Source: a virus
Lineage: Duplodnaviria; Caudoviricetes
Reading direction: 5' to 3' (one strand)
Length of the DNA: 35,124 nucleotides
Virus record (IMG/VR): IMGVR_UViG_3300032318_000902
Coordinates: 1 to 35,124 of that record
Shown: piece after piece, positions 8,904-18,883 of the stretch
Layout of the letters: each line of letters opens with the position of its first letter
Position numbering within the stretch: the stretch's first letter is position 1
Notes under the pieces: model-generated
Databases searched by the model: none
What the model saw: only the letters and a program-made list of their open reading frames with translations
What the model was told of the DNA's origin: nothing
Made by a program: the position numbers and the translations under genes

Positions 8904-9293
8904 ATGGCATTTTCAAATTATTTAGAAGACGAAATTACAGGGTGGATAAATGGCACAACCTTTGACGCTGCTCCAACGTCCACATTTGTTCAATTGTATT
9001 CCCAAGACCCAACGGAAGCAGGCTCAGCAACAGGCGCATTGTACACGCGTGTTGCGGTGGCGGCTGGTGGATGGACAAGGGTAACAAGTGGTACGGCAAC
9101 ATTGAGTAATACAGCAGCGATTACCATTACTTCAAGTGCAGCAAGTGGAGCAACGGCAACTCACGTAGCTGTTTTTGATGCAAGTACATCGGGAAATATG
9201 TTATTCTATGGAACATTAGCCGCATCAAAGGTTATTGCAACGGGTGATGAAGTTAAGTTCAATGCAAGTGCATTGGTATTAACGGTAAATTAA
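8904..9293 (+). CDS. Small beta-rich virion fibre/decoration protein
   Basis: MAFSNYLE...FVQLYSQDPT...YTRVAV...THVAVFDASTSGNMLFYGTL...GDEVKF, a pattern common in small phage fibre subunits. Confidence 0.7.
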   Translation: MAFSNYLEDEITGWINGTTFDAAPTSTFVQLYSQDPTEAGSATGALYTRVAVAAGGWTRVTSGTATLSNTAAITITSSAASGATATHVAVFDASTSGNMLFYGTLAASKVIATGDEVKFNASALVLTVN

Positions 9294-9296
9294 ACC

Positions 9297-9818
9297 ATGC
9301 TTGAAAAGTTAGCCGAAGATATTAGCGTTTTAGCCATTTCCGTTGTTGCCAATGAATGGCGGCTACAGGGTCATGAGTTAACGGGAGCAGCCGTGAAACA
9401 AATGGAAACAATGGTAAGGTTTGAAATCAATACTTTGATTATCGAAGGCTTTATACCTGATTACATGGCTATAAATAATCAAGGAGTGCCAGCAAATAGA
9501 ATACCTTATTACCCTGGGAGCGGACGAAAAGAAAGCGAATATATTAAAGGCTTGATGAAATATGTTCAACAAAGAATGGGTAAAAGCGAAAAGGAATCTA
9601 AAGGCATTGCGTTCGCTATCGCAAGTAAGCATAAAAAAGAGGGAATGCCGACGAAAAATAGCGTTATTAAGTATTCCAAAACAGGTAAACGCACGGGCTT
9701 CATCGAACAGGCTTTGGACAAAAATAGTGCAAAGTTTATTGAACTAATCGAGAACGCGGTCACCTTTAGCGTGGAGGCAACGATTGAAAGTTATTACAAA
9801 TCAATTCTTAACAGATGA
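9297..9818 (+). CDS. Neck/tail-completion protein (HK97 gp10-like)
   Basis: 173 aa and basic, with YMAINNQG...IAFAIASKHKKEG...TGFIEQAL. Position in the tail cluster fits. Confidence 0.5.
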   Translation: MLEKLAEDISVLAISVVANEWRLQGHELTGAAVKQMETMVRFEINTLIIEGFIPDYMAINNQGVPANRIPYYPGSGRKESEYIKGLMKYVQQRMGKSEKESKGIAFAIASKHKKEGMPTKNSVIKYSKTGKRTGFIEQALDKNSAKFIELIENAVTFSVEATIESYYKSILNR

Positions 9819-11017
9819 GTTACACGATAAACCCTGATACCATATCAAGCAGCCTTTACCCCGTGGCGTTTCGCTCTATTGAACCCTCGGCGGTGATTCA
9901 GCAACAAATCAATGTTTACCTTGATGGAACGCTTGAAGGATCTTTTTTGGCGGCCCAGACGGGGACAAGTGGAACGTCGGCGGTATTTGATACAAATGTT
10001 CAATCGTTCTTGATTACTCAGCTTGCACCAAAGACAAATGCGAAAACAAGTTTCTTCGGAAACCTTTACGGATTCAGCCTCACAAATAATACCGACGTTA
10101 TTTCATCATTGTATTGCACGGCGTTTAATCAAACGATTAATTCATCGGGCTTTGTCGTTACCTCCACGGCGTCGCAAAGTAGCACCACGGCTTATGTTTT
10201 ACCTTCCTTGTTTGTCGATGGGGAATATGACATGGGGGATTTTTATCAACCGTCTGCAAATCCTTTTTTATTCCTAACACAAAGGAATGATTTTATTAAA
10301 TGCAATTCCTCAGGAAACATATTTTTAAGTTACCTCGGACGTGGCACCAATGCGGCTCAATTTGAATTTTATTTTAAGTCAGGTTCTTCAGCCGTTACCA
10401 TTGTTGACAATTTAAACTCAACGGCAACAAATGATTTATATTCATTGTCCGCTGGTGTTTCAAATATATTTGGAAGTAGCGCCATTTTTCATGCAGGCAA
10501 TTTTCCAACCAATCCAGATTTATACGATTATTACGATGTTTCCGTTGGAGTTTATTCAGGCACGTACACGCGCTTAAGCGAAAGTCAACGTATTTACATT
10601 TACCCAAATTGCAACGATAACATTGAGCTTCATTGGTTTGGTAAGCACGGCGGCGCGGAAAGTTACCAATTCACGGGACTAATAATTGATAAGCAAACAA
10701 GCAACGCAGATACGATTAACCTTGCGCAAAGATGGAACATTGCCGCAAGTCCAAAAGCTAATACGTTTGATAAAAATGTGATTAAAGTTAATCAAAGGTC
10801 AAACAAAAGCAAAACGGTCACAGTGGCGGTAAGTCATGAAGATGCTTTGTACATTGCCACAATGTTTAATAGTCCTGAGGTGTACATTATTGAGAATGGC
10901 AAATATGTTAATGTTACCATTGCCAACGGGGAGATAAATACGGATAACAACAGGGCAACGGATATTGGTGTTTCATTTGAAATTATTTATAAAAATACGC
11001 CAGTCGCTCAGTTATGA
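9815..11017 (+). CDS. Tail tip / distal tail-like structural protein
   Basis: 400 aa and beta-rich, with C-terminal LHWFGKHGGAESYQF...MFNSPEVY. Lies directly upstream of the hub-like gene. Confidence 0.55.
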   Translation: MSYTINPDTISSSLYPVAFRSIEPSAVIQQQINVYLDGTLEGSFLAAQTGTSGTSAVFDTNVQSFLITQLAPKTNAKTSFFGNLYGFSLTNNTDVISSLYCTAFNQTINSSGFVVTSTASQSSTTAYVLPSLFVDGEYDMGDFYQPSANPFLFLTQRNDFIKCNSSGNIFLSYLGRGTNAAQFEFYFKSGSSAVTIVDNLNSTATNDLYSLSAGVSNIFGSSAIFHAGNFPTNPDLYDYYDVSVGVYSGTYTRLSESQRIYIYPNCNDNIELHWFGKHGGAESYQFTGLIIDKQTSNADTINLAQRWNIAASPKANTFDKNVIKVNQRSNKSKTVTVAVSHEDALYIATMFNSPEVYIIENGKYVNVTIANGEINTDNNRATDIGVSFEIIYKNTPVAQL

Positions 11018-13449
11018 TAAAACTATTTATAAATAATCAAGAGGTCGATTTAAACCAAAAGGATGTTAATGTAACGATTGATTATTCGATTGAAAATATT
11101 GAACTTGGTAACATATCGGGAGCGCACTCAAAGAGGAATGTAACATTACCCGGCACAAAGACAAACATTGAAATATTTGAAAACATTGAGACGCCTAACG
11201 TCATTGTAAATAATGCTTACAAGTTACTTCCTGCACGCCTTGAGGCAAATGGCGTGCCAATTCTTACAGGAAAAGCGCGACTTGATTCAGGCGAATTGAA
11301 TGCAATGAACCACGGATTCAAGGCGAATAATTACAAGGTCGCATTGATTGGAAACAACGCGGATTGGTTCGCGGACGTGGGTAATATTTTAGTCAGGTCA
11401 TTGGGCTGGCAGGACATAACCGTTTCCACGGCGACGGTAAAAACCAATTACAATCCATTGACGTCCGAACATTGCTTCATCTTGATGAAATGGAAAGCGT
11501 GGGAGAATGAAACGTACATTGTTGACAATGAGTTGACGCCTGCCATTTTCATTTGGCAAATATTGGAAAAGGCTTTTGCAAACAAAGGGTATCAACTTAA
11601 TAGCATTTTTAAAACAGATCCTTTTAATCGTTTGATTATTCCGATGGGTTTAAACCTTGACGCGGATTACATTAAAGACTTTGTAAACATGAGGGTCTCA
11701 AACCCTTCGCCTTCTTCCTTTGTTTATTCCTCAGGTGATTATGGCACGGTAAACATTGCATTCACAAACGAAACAACGTCACCCAACTTTGACACGGGTG
11801 GCAATTATTCAGGCGGCGTTTACACGGTCCCGATTAATGCCTTATATGAATTAATCGCTGAGTTAAACGTTACCTTAACGGCTTCCATTGGTGACTTAAA
11901 CCAATTCGCAGAACTTATATTGTTCTTTGAGGTCAACGGAAACAACGTTTCAACGTATGATTTAACCAATGAAACCACGTTAAATGATTCTATTGCCCTT
12001 GAATTCCTGGGGGACTTGGTGGAAGGGGACACGGTCCGCATGAGGCTGAGATATGAGAACGTAACATTTAACCTTGTTATCGGTGGTTCATTCTCAGTGG
12101 TGGCACAAAAGGAAGGACTGGAGGAAGGAGAAACGGTAAATTTGCAATATGTTATACCTAATAGTTGGTATGTAAAGGATATAATCGCGGACCTTACAAC
12201 CGTTTTTAATTTAGCATGGGAGACCGACGTACTAAGCAAACAAGTGTACGCATATCCTAAGGACAATTATACGGTAAGATACAGAGCCAACGCCAGCGGA
12301 GCGATAACCCTTACAACCTTTGACGGCTTTTTTAAGGATACGAATAAATATGATTTAAATACCCGTGACATTGATGGAAGCGAATTAACGATATTAGATA
12401 ATTACAAATCAAGTCAGGTACTGGCGTATGCCACGGATGACGATACGACGAACAAAGAGGAAGCAAGGCGCGGGGTTAACATTTATTCAGGGGGTTACAA
12501 TTTCCCTCAGGACAGGTTTCCAAATGGCATTGAATTTCTTTATACAAAGTTCTTTGCAAAAGCTATTCATATAAACGACGTTGCAATAACCACCGGTGGA
12601 ACTTATGGCGCCCAGATGCCGCTTGTTTTTGGTGACGATTATAACACGGTGCCAGATGCAGAACCTAATTATAATTTGGCGCCTCGTTTGCTTTATTATG
12701 CAGGAAGGCGAAGCGGCTTAGATGGATATGTAAGACTGTACGATGAAGCAAGTTCAGCGGCGTCGGCTTTTGATTTTCCCGCAGCTTTCATGGTAAATTA
12801 CAATGACCCGAGTGGCGGAGATTTTAACTTGTCCTTTTCCGATGAAGTCACAAATTATACAAATGTGATGCAAGGCGTTTTCAAAACTTTTCATTTACAA
12901 ACTTATAAACGCATTGAACTTGGTAAGCAATATACCACCTTTGTAAAATGGGAAAACAAGGACATAACACAATTATCATTCAGGCGTAAGGGAATGATTG
13001 GAAGCTCAAATTTCATCATTCAAGAATTAGAATACAATCCTAAAAGCAATGGCCCAGCAAGAACGGTTATCTTATACGATGAAAAGCCAAATGTAAATGA
13101 CCTCAGTAAAGTAAGTAATACGATAACTTTGGCAGGCGCACCGCCTCAGGGTGGAACGGTAACAGGATCTGGAAGCGGCTTGGTTGGAGCAAATGGGGCG
13201 ACGGTAAACATTCAGTTATCTTATACGCCGTTCCTTAACTCAATGACCAATGTACTTGTATTGGCGGTTAACTCAGGTATAACGCAAGTAAGCAACACGA
13301 ATGCAAATGTACTTGTATTCCAGAACGGGCAAAAGTTAATACCAACGGTTCAATATATTATCAGTGGTTCAACCATTGGTATTAATGTGAATACCCATTA
13401 CGATGGGGCAAATTATGAAGTTATTGTAAACGGAGTAACAAAAGGATAA
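11014..13449 (+). CDS. Baseplate hub / central tail tip protein
   Basis: 811 aa with LFINNQEVDL...SKRNVTLPGTKTN, TPAIFIWQILEK, KDIIADLTTVFNL and PRLLYY. Lies upstream of the tape measure gene. Confidence 0.65.
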   Translation: MIKLFINNQEVDLNQKDVNVTIDYSIENIELGNISGAHSKRNVTLPGTKTNIEIFENIETPNVIVNNAYKLLPARLEANGVPILTGKARLDSGELNAMNHGFKANNYKVALIGNNADWFADVGNILVRSLGWQDITVSTATVKTNYNPLTSEHCFILMKWKAWENETYIVDNELTPAIFIWQILEKAFANKGYQLNSIFKTDPFNRLIIPMGLNLDADYIKDFVNMRVSNPSPSSFVYSSGDYGTVNIAFTNETTSPNFDTGGNYSGGVYTVPINALYELIAELNVTLTASIGDLNQFAELILFFEVNGNNVSTYDLTNETTLNDSIALEFLGDLVEGDTVRMRLRYENVTFNLVIGGSFSVVAQKEGLEEGETVNLQYVIPNSWYVKDIIADLTTVFNLAWETDVLSKQVYAYPKDNYTVRYRANASGAITLTTFDGFFKDTNKYDLNTRDIDGSELTILDNYKSSQVLAYATDDDTTNKEEARRGVNIYSGGYNFPQDRFPNGIEFLYTKFFAKAIHINDVAITTGGTYGAQMPLVFGDDYNTVPDAEPNYNLAPRLLYYAGRRSGLDGYVRLYDEASSAASAFDFPAAFMVNYNDPSGGDFNLSFSDEVTNYTNVMQGVFKTFHLQTYKRIELGKQYTTFVKWENKDITQLSFRRKGMIGSSNFIIQELEYNPKSNGPARTVILYDEKPNVNDLSKVSNTITLAGAPPQGGTVTGSGSGLVGANGATVNIQLSYTPFLNSMTNVLVLAVNSGITQVSNTNANVLVFQNGQKLIPTVQYIISGSTIGINVNTHYDGANYEVIVNGVTKG

Positions 13450-16385
13450 TGGCACAAGTAATAGGTTTTCAAATACAAATAGACGGGCTTGGTAAAACGG
13501 TTGAAACGGCAACGGAATTAAAAAGAGCCATTGCCGACGTGAATGCGGAGCTGAAGAAAACAACCGACGTTCAAGAAATCAAGAAACTTGAAACAAAGTT
13601 GGTTGACTTGAAGGCGGCGCAAATGGAGGTTAATAAAGTTGTTAAGGAGCAAATCAAAAGCCGCAACGAAGAAATAACCGCGACCGACAAAGCCAATGGT
13701 GCATATCGAAAGTTAAGCAAGGAGTTAAACGACCAGCGCAACCGATACAAGGATTTGGCGGCGGCTGAGCAAGAATCAAGTCAGGAGGCAAAAGACCTTC
13801 TTGTAAGTATAAATAATCTTGATAAAAAGCTAAAGGGCATTGATGCCACGGTTGGACAATTTCAAAGAAACGTCGGCGGTTATACTGAAGCATTGGGGCA
13901 ATTTTTCCCGAAGCTTGGGGGAACATTGGGACAAGTTACAGGTACAATAGGCGGTTTATCTCAGGGAATAAATGGATTAACACAAACCACGGGAGCTTTC
14001 AATAAATCGCTTGGCGCCATTGGAATAGCATTAACCCTCTTTAGTGGCATATCTGAAATATTTCAAAGTATAAATGAATCGGTTGCTGAAACAAAAGAAC
14101 TTTCTAATCAGGTGGCGGCATTCACTGGCGCTACGGGAAATGTTTTAACCGACTTTGTAAGCAAGTCAAAAGCAATATCAACCACATATAAAAAAGATGT
14201 AAACGACATAACCGTTGCAGCCAACGCGGCAAGTAAATCATTAGGCATTGGTTTTAACGAGGCATTGGATGCCATTGAGGCAGGATTTAGAAAGGGAGCG
14301 GATAGTAATGGGGAGTTCTTAGATAACTTAAAAGAATATCCCGCTCAATTTGCGGCGGCTGGATTAAGTATTAAAGATTATTTAGCCATTTCAATCGAGG
14401 CGGCAAATCAGGGTATTTATTCAGATAAAGGCTTGGATGTTGTAAAGGAATTTGGATTAAGAATTAGGGAACAAACAAAGACTTCAAAAGATGCTTTAGT
14501 GGGTGCATTTGGCGAAGAATTTACTGGAGAATTATTTGAGAATTTAAACAACGGCTCAATTACAACCGCCGAAGCTTTATCATTGGTTAGCGGAAAAATG
14601 GGTGATACTGAAGTTGCAGGTGATAAATTACAAACGGTTATCGCAGACGTTTTCGGTGCAGCTGGTGAAGATGCTGGGTTAGCTTATATTCTTTCGTTGG
14701 AAAAGATTTTAAAAAATACCAACGATGTAACAAAGTCAACAAACCAATATCAAACACAACAGGAAATTCTTTACCAAACAAACTTAGAATTAGAAGCAAG
14801 TCAATCGGAATTAAATGAATCATTCACAAAGTTTGGCGGAGAATTTACAATTATATCCTCCAAAGCAAAGATATTTTTTAACAACTTATTAGGCGGTTTA
14901 CTTGATTTTGCAAATGAGTTTCCTGCAACCTTAAAAGCCATGGGGGCAGGCTTAACAACATTTTTTACAACAGGAAGCATAAGTGGTGCATTAAAAGCAA
15001 ATCGAGATGTATTTAGAGCCGAAAAACAAAAGATAGACAAGGAGGATAAGTTAGCTATTGAGAAAGCTGAAAAGGATCGGATTGCACTTGAAAAGCAAAA
15101 CGCCGAAGAACAAAAGAAAAGGTTAAAAGCCCAAAATAAAGAATTAAGCACCACGGCAAATAAAGGAGGTAAGGATGTAGCCAAGTCATTCACCGAAGGT
15201 TCTATTTCAGCCCTTGAGGACGAAAGAAGCAAATTACAAACCGCCTTTTCCAACGCCGTGGTTGGCTCAGGAAGACAGAAAGAACTTGCGGTAAAGTTGA
15301 ACGCAATTAATAACCAAATCAAATCAGCGGTTGAACAACAAAATCAAATCTTAGCTGATGCCAGCCGTGGTAACTTGCTTAAAAACCTTCAAGATGCCCA
15401 GCAACTTGCGACGCTTCCATTGACGGTTGAGCCTTTAAAAAGTGTTAAGGCTTCCGATTTAGCAAAAAAGGAAGCCGACGATTTACAAAAGGTTTTTCAA
15501 CAAGTAATAAAAAACTCAGACGATTTTAGAAAAAAGGAAGCCGATGCAACGGCTGAATTTTACGAGGAAAGACAAAAGAAAGTTGAACTTTATTTACAAG
15601 GCGCAACGGCGATAACTGACCTTTTCTCCACGATTCAGCAAGCAAGGTTTAAAAAGGATACAGATTTATTAAATGAGGAAATACAAAAGACAGAGGAAAA
15701 TATTACAACCCTTGAATCAAAAGCGGAAAAAGCAACGGGCTTAAAAAAGAAGCGATTAGAAAAAGAAATTGTTCAGGAAAAAGCATTGTTGGATGCAAAG
15801 AACAAACAAGCCGAAGCATTGCAATTAAAGGCGGCAAAGGCTGAAAAGAAAATAGCCATTGTTCAATCAATCATTCAGGGAGCGTTGGCGGTTCAACGTG
15901 CCTTAAATTCATTTCCCTTCCCTCCATTATCCACAGGGCAAGCCATTGCCGCAGGTGTTTTCGCAGGCATACAAACCGCCACAATTATTGCCCAACCCCT
16001 TGCTGAGGGTGGCGTTGTAACTGGGCAAAGGGTTAATCAAAAGCAAAACATACCAACACGGTCAAACGGTGACAATGTACTTGCCTACGTGAAACGTGGT
16101 GAGGTTGTATTGAATCAACGCCAACAAAGTTTATTAGGCGGTTCTCCAACCTTTAGGCGGCTTGGTATCAAAGGTTTCGCGGAGGGTGGCATGGTTCCAC
16201 CGATAAGCCCACCGATACAAGGCATGGGTTTACAGGGGAACATGAATGAATTTTTGCAAGTCATGGAGGCAAAGACGGACGCGATAAACAATAGGATTGA
16301 CAGGCTTCAAGCATACGTTGTGAGCGAGGATATTGCCCGCGATCTTGCTGAGGGAAACAAGTTGAAAATAAACGCCACTTTATAA
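13449..16385 (+). CDS. Tail tape measure protein
   Basis: 978 aa, helical/coiled-coil and Ala/Gly/Lys-rich. Contains FQRNVGGY, EFLDNLKEY, SDKGLDVVKEFGLRI and duplicated (L/F)AEGG motifs near the C-terminus. Confidence 0.9.
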   Translation: MAQVIGFQIQIDGLGKTVETATELKRAIADVNAELKKTTDVQEIKKLETKLVDLKAAQMEVNKVVKEQIKSRNEEITATDKANGAYRKLSKELNDQRNRYKDLAAAEQESSQEAKDLLVSINNLDKKLKGIDATVGQFQRNVGGYTEALGQFFPKLGGTLGQVTGTIGGLSQGINGLTQTTGAFNKSLGAIGIALTLFSGISEIFQSINESVAETKELSNQVAAFTGATGNVLTDFVSKSKAISTTYKKDVNDITVAANAASKSLGIGFNEALDAIEAGFRKGADSNGEFLDNLKEYPAQFAAAGLSIKDYLAISIEAANQGIYSDKGLDVVKEFGLRIREQTKTSKDALVGAFGEEFTGELFENLNNGSITTAEALSLVSGKMGDTEVAGDKLQTVIADVFGAAGEDAGLAYILSLEKILKNTNDVTKSTNQYQTQQEILYQTNLELEASQSELNESFTKFGGEFTIISSKAKIFFNNLLGGLLDFANEFPATLKAMGAGLTTFFTTGSISGALKANRDVFRAEKQKIDKEDKLAIEKAEKDRIALEKQNAEEQKKRLKAQNKELSTTANKGGKDVAKSFTEGSISALEDERSKLQTAFSNAVVGSGRQKELAVKLNAINNQIKSAVEQQNQILADASRGNLLKNLQDAQQLATLPLTVEPLKSVKASDLAKKEADDLQKVFQQVIKNSDDFRKKEADATAEFYEERQKKVELYLQGATAITDLFSTIQQARFKKDTDLLNEEIQKTEENITTLESKAEKATGLKKKRLEKEIVQEKALLDAKNKQAEALQLKAAKAEKKIAIVQSIIQGALAVQRALNSFPFPPLSTGQAIAAGVFAGIQTATIIAQPLAEGGVVTGQRVNQKQNIPTRSNGDNVLAYVKRGEVVLNQRQQSLLGGSPTFRRLGIKGFAEGGMVPPISPPIQGMGLQGNMNEFLQVMEAKTDAINNRIDRLQAYVVSEDIARDLAEGNKLKINATL

Positions 16386-16649
16386 ATGTGTAATTGTATG
16401 AAAACAGGAAACATCTGGGGGGAACTTGGTTCACGCATACCAGAGGAATACAAGGCGCAAGTTACCGCCACGGTCAACAGGACTTACAGGGTTTTGAGCA
16501 TTGACCCGAATGACATGGATTATTTGTTCAATATTTATAACAATTTTGTGAATCATTATGAGCCTGAGCGGCGAAATTGTCCCGCGTGTCGGACAAAAGT
16601 AGTCGGTAAAATGAGGCAAATAGTGCAATATTGGAATGAAAATGTATGA
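16386..16649 (+). CDS. Small Cys-motif (CxC, CxxC) protein, possibly Zn-binding
   Basis: MCNCMK...RRNCPACR. Confidence 0.65.
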   Translation: MCNCMKTGNIWGELGSRIPEEYKAQVTATVNRTYRVLSIDPNDMDYLFNIYNNFVNHYEPERRNCPACRTKVVGKMRQIVQYWNENV

Positions 16650-16992
16650 ATTTGAAATGATTAACGAGGATTTATTGCAGGATTTTACGCATGAAATCCT
16701 TAATAAATACAGTGCATTTTGCCAAAAGGAAGGTATTACGCCCAGTTTCTTTCATCTTATTTCCTTCCTCGTAAAAACAGATGTGGTGAAGGAAAAGACG
16801 GTTGCAAAATATATGGTCATGCAGCTTTATCCAAATAGCCTTTATTCAAATGATTCAAAAATGGATGCCATGATGGAAATAAGCATACGAACGGGTATTT
16901 CAAAGAAGCACGTTTATAATATGGTTCAGCATCCTGAAAGGTTTGGTTATCAAATCAAGCAAAAAAGAAAAGATAAAAACGATACCGAGTAA
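16636..16992 (+). CDS. Putative HTH transcription regulator
   Basis: C-terminal KMDAMMEISIRTGISKKHVYNMV fits a helix-turn-helix. Confidence 0.55.
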   Translation: MKMYEFEMINEDLLQDFTHEILNKYSAFCQKEGITPSFFHLISFLVKTDVVKEKTVAKYMVMQLYPNSLYSNDSKMDAMMEISIRTGISKKHVYNMVQHPERFGYQIKQKRKDKNDTE

Positions 16993-16997
16993 TTTTG
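16990..16997 (+). promoter_or_regulatory. Bacteroidota-type -7 promoter box (TAATTTTG) for the head operon
   Basis: Matches TAnnTTTG, about 21 nt upstream of ATG 17019. Confidence 0.5.
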
Positions 16998-17018
16998 TAA
17001 ATAAATTATTTTTCTTTT

Positions 17019-18398
17019 ATGACATACGCCGATTATCCAGATGCCGCAAAGAACAACGCACGACGCGCACTTGACCACAAGGAAAAGAACGGGTCTGATT
17101 GTGGTACGCTTGTCGGCTGGCAACGTGCGAATCAAATCGCCAACGGTGAGGGATTGTCGGAAAAAACAGTGCAGCGTACTTATTCCTTTTTAAGCCGCGC
17201 GGAAACGTATGACCAGGGCAAATACTTTGATGAAGACGGTTCTGAAATTTGCGGCTCAGTAATGTATGACGCATGGGGTGGAAGCGCTATGAGGGTTTGG
17301 GCTGAGGCGAAATATAAAGCAATCCAAAAGGACAAAGTAAAAAACATGGCAAAAGTAAGTATAGATATTTTAGGAGAAATTTCGGAATCTGTTAATTCTT
17401 ACAACTCGGTAAGGGCAAAGATTAACCAGGCGAACGGGCAGCCAATTAATTTGACAATATCCTCAGGCGGTGGCTCAGTCACCGAGGGAATGGGTATTGC
17501 TGATTTAGTTGCAAATTACCCGGAAGAAACCACGGCAACAGGAATCGGCTTGGTAGCAAGCATTGCAACGGTTGTACTGTTGGCAGCGGATAATGTTAAG
17601 ATGACTGAGAACGCTTTTATGATGATCCACCGACCTTGGAGTTATACGATGGGTAACGCCGACGAACTTGAGGCAACGGCTGAATTATTGGACAAGATGG
17701 AATCAAAGTTACTTGACATTTACACGGCGGCGGTTCTTAAGCGCAGGGGATATCAAAATAACCTAAAAGAAATTATTACGAATATGATGGCAGCCGAAAC
17801 ATGGCTGACCGCTCAGGAAGCATTAGAATTTGGCTTCATTGATGAAATTGTGAAAGTTGGCGAAAAAAACATAGATATGTTACCGTTGCAAAATAGCCTA
17901 AACAAGTTCTTGAATGTACCAGCCGCATTATTAACAAATACAAAAAAAGAAGATGACATGGGTAATTCCATTTTAGAAAAAATCAAAAGCCTTCTTAATA
18001 GCATAGATGAAACTCCCGTTGTGGAAAATGTTATTGAGGAGGAGAAAGTAATTGAAGAGCCTGAGATGGATGAAGTTGAAAAGGCTATTTCCATGTTAAA
18101 GGAAAAAGGTTACATTGTAATGTCACCCGATGAAATGGACGCTATTAACTCAAAGCAAAAAGAGGAAATGGAATCTATGTACAAAAAAAGTGATGAGCAA
18201 AAGAACTCAATCGGTGAAATCGAAAGCGTTTTAGAAACCTTATCAACCGAACTGGTGGCACTAAGAAATCAAGTAAAAAAAGGCGTTGGTCTTCCTTCGG
18301 GCGGCACAACATCTGAAAAGATTATTGAAACAAAAGCAAAATCGAGTCCGTTTGATTCTTTTGCTGGATTAGTTAAAAACAAAATTTCACAAAGATAA
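17019..18398 (+). CDS. ClpP-type prohead protease with an extra N-terminal domain and a C-terminal scaffold-like region
   Basis: LTISSGGGSV, GLVASIAT (catalytic Ser), MMIHRP (His) and ETWLTAQEALEFGFIDEI. Acidic coiled-coil C-terminus. About 109-aa N-terminal domain. Confidence 0.9.
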   Translation: MTYADYPDAAKNNARRALDHKEKNGSDCGTLVGWQRANQIANGEGLSEKTVQRTYSFLSRAETYDQGKYFDEDGSEICGSVMYDAWGGSAMRVWAEAKYKAIQKDKVKNMAKVSIDILGEISESVNSYNSVRAKINQANGQPINLTISSGGGSVTEGMGIADLVANYPEETTATGIGLVASIATVVLLAADNVKMTENAFMMIHRPWSYTMGNADELEATAELLDKMESKLLDIYTAAVLKRRGYQNNLKEIITNMMAAETWLTAQEALEFGFIDEIVKVGEKNIDMLPLQNSLNKFLNVPAALLTNTKKEDDMGNSILEKIKSLLNSIDETPVVENVIEEEKVIEEPEMDEVEKAISMLKEKGYIVMSPDEMDAINSKQKEEMESMYKKSDEQKNSIGEIESVLETLSTELVALRNQVKKGVGLPSGGTTSEKIIETKAKSSPFDSFAGLVKNKISQR

Positions 18399-18871
18399 TG
18401 GCATTCAATCCAACCGCCCAAAATGTGAACAGTTTTGACAACGATTATACATACGTTGGTCGAAACAGTTTAAACAGAACAAACCCTTACGCCAACGTTG
18501 ACGGCTTAAATGCTGAAAAGTTGTACGGGGTTGATACCTTTGAAGACCGCATTCCTGTGTCGGTGACATACGCTATCGCTTCAGCGGGTGACAGAACTAC
18601 GATTACGCCTATTTACGGTGTGACAAGTGCTTCCAGTTATTTAAAGTTTAACTTGATTGACGAAAGTGGCAATGAAGCGCACGGACGCTGGATTTCTTCA
18701 GCACCTTCAGCAGCCTTTGACATTTCGACGACGGCGTTAAACCACGCAAATGATTGGAAGGCTTTCTTTGCCACGGCTAAGGCTGGAGCAAAAACCGAGT
18801 TCTCATTTAAAATTGAATCGGCAGCGCAGTTAACAAACACCACTGCAACGATTACATACGCAAACCTTTAA
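18398..18871 (+). CDS. Probable head decoration/structural protein
   Basis: 157 aa and beta-rich, lying between the protease and the capsid gene. Confidence 0.5.
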   Translation: MAFNPTAQNVNSFDNDYTYVGRNSLNRTNPYANVDGLNAEKLYGVDTFEDRIPVSVTYAIASAGDRTTITPIYGVTSASSYLKFNLIDESGNEAHGRWISSAPSAAFDISTTALNHANDWKAFFATAKAGAKTEFSFKIESAAQLTNTTATITYANL

Positions 18872-18883
18872 AATTAAATTAAA

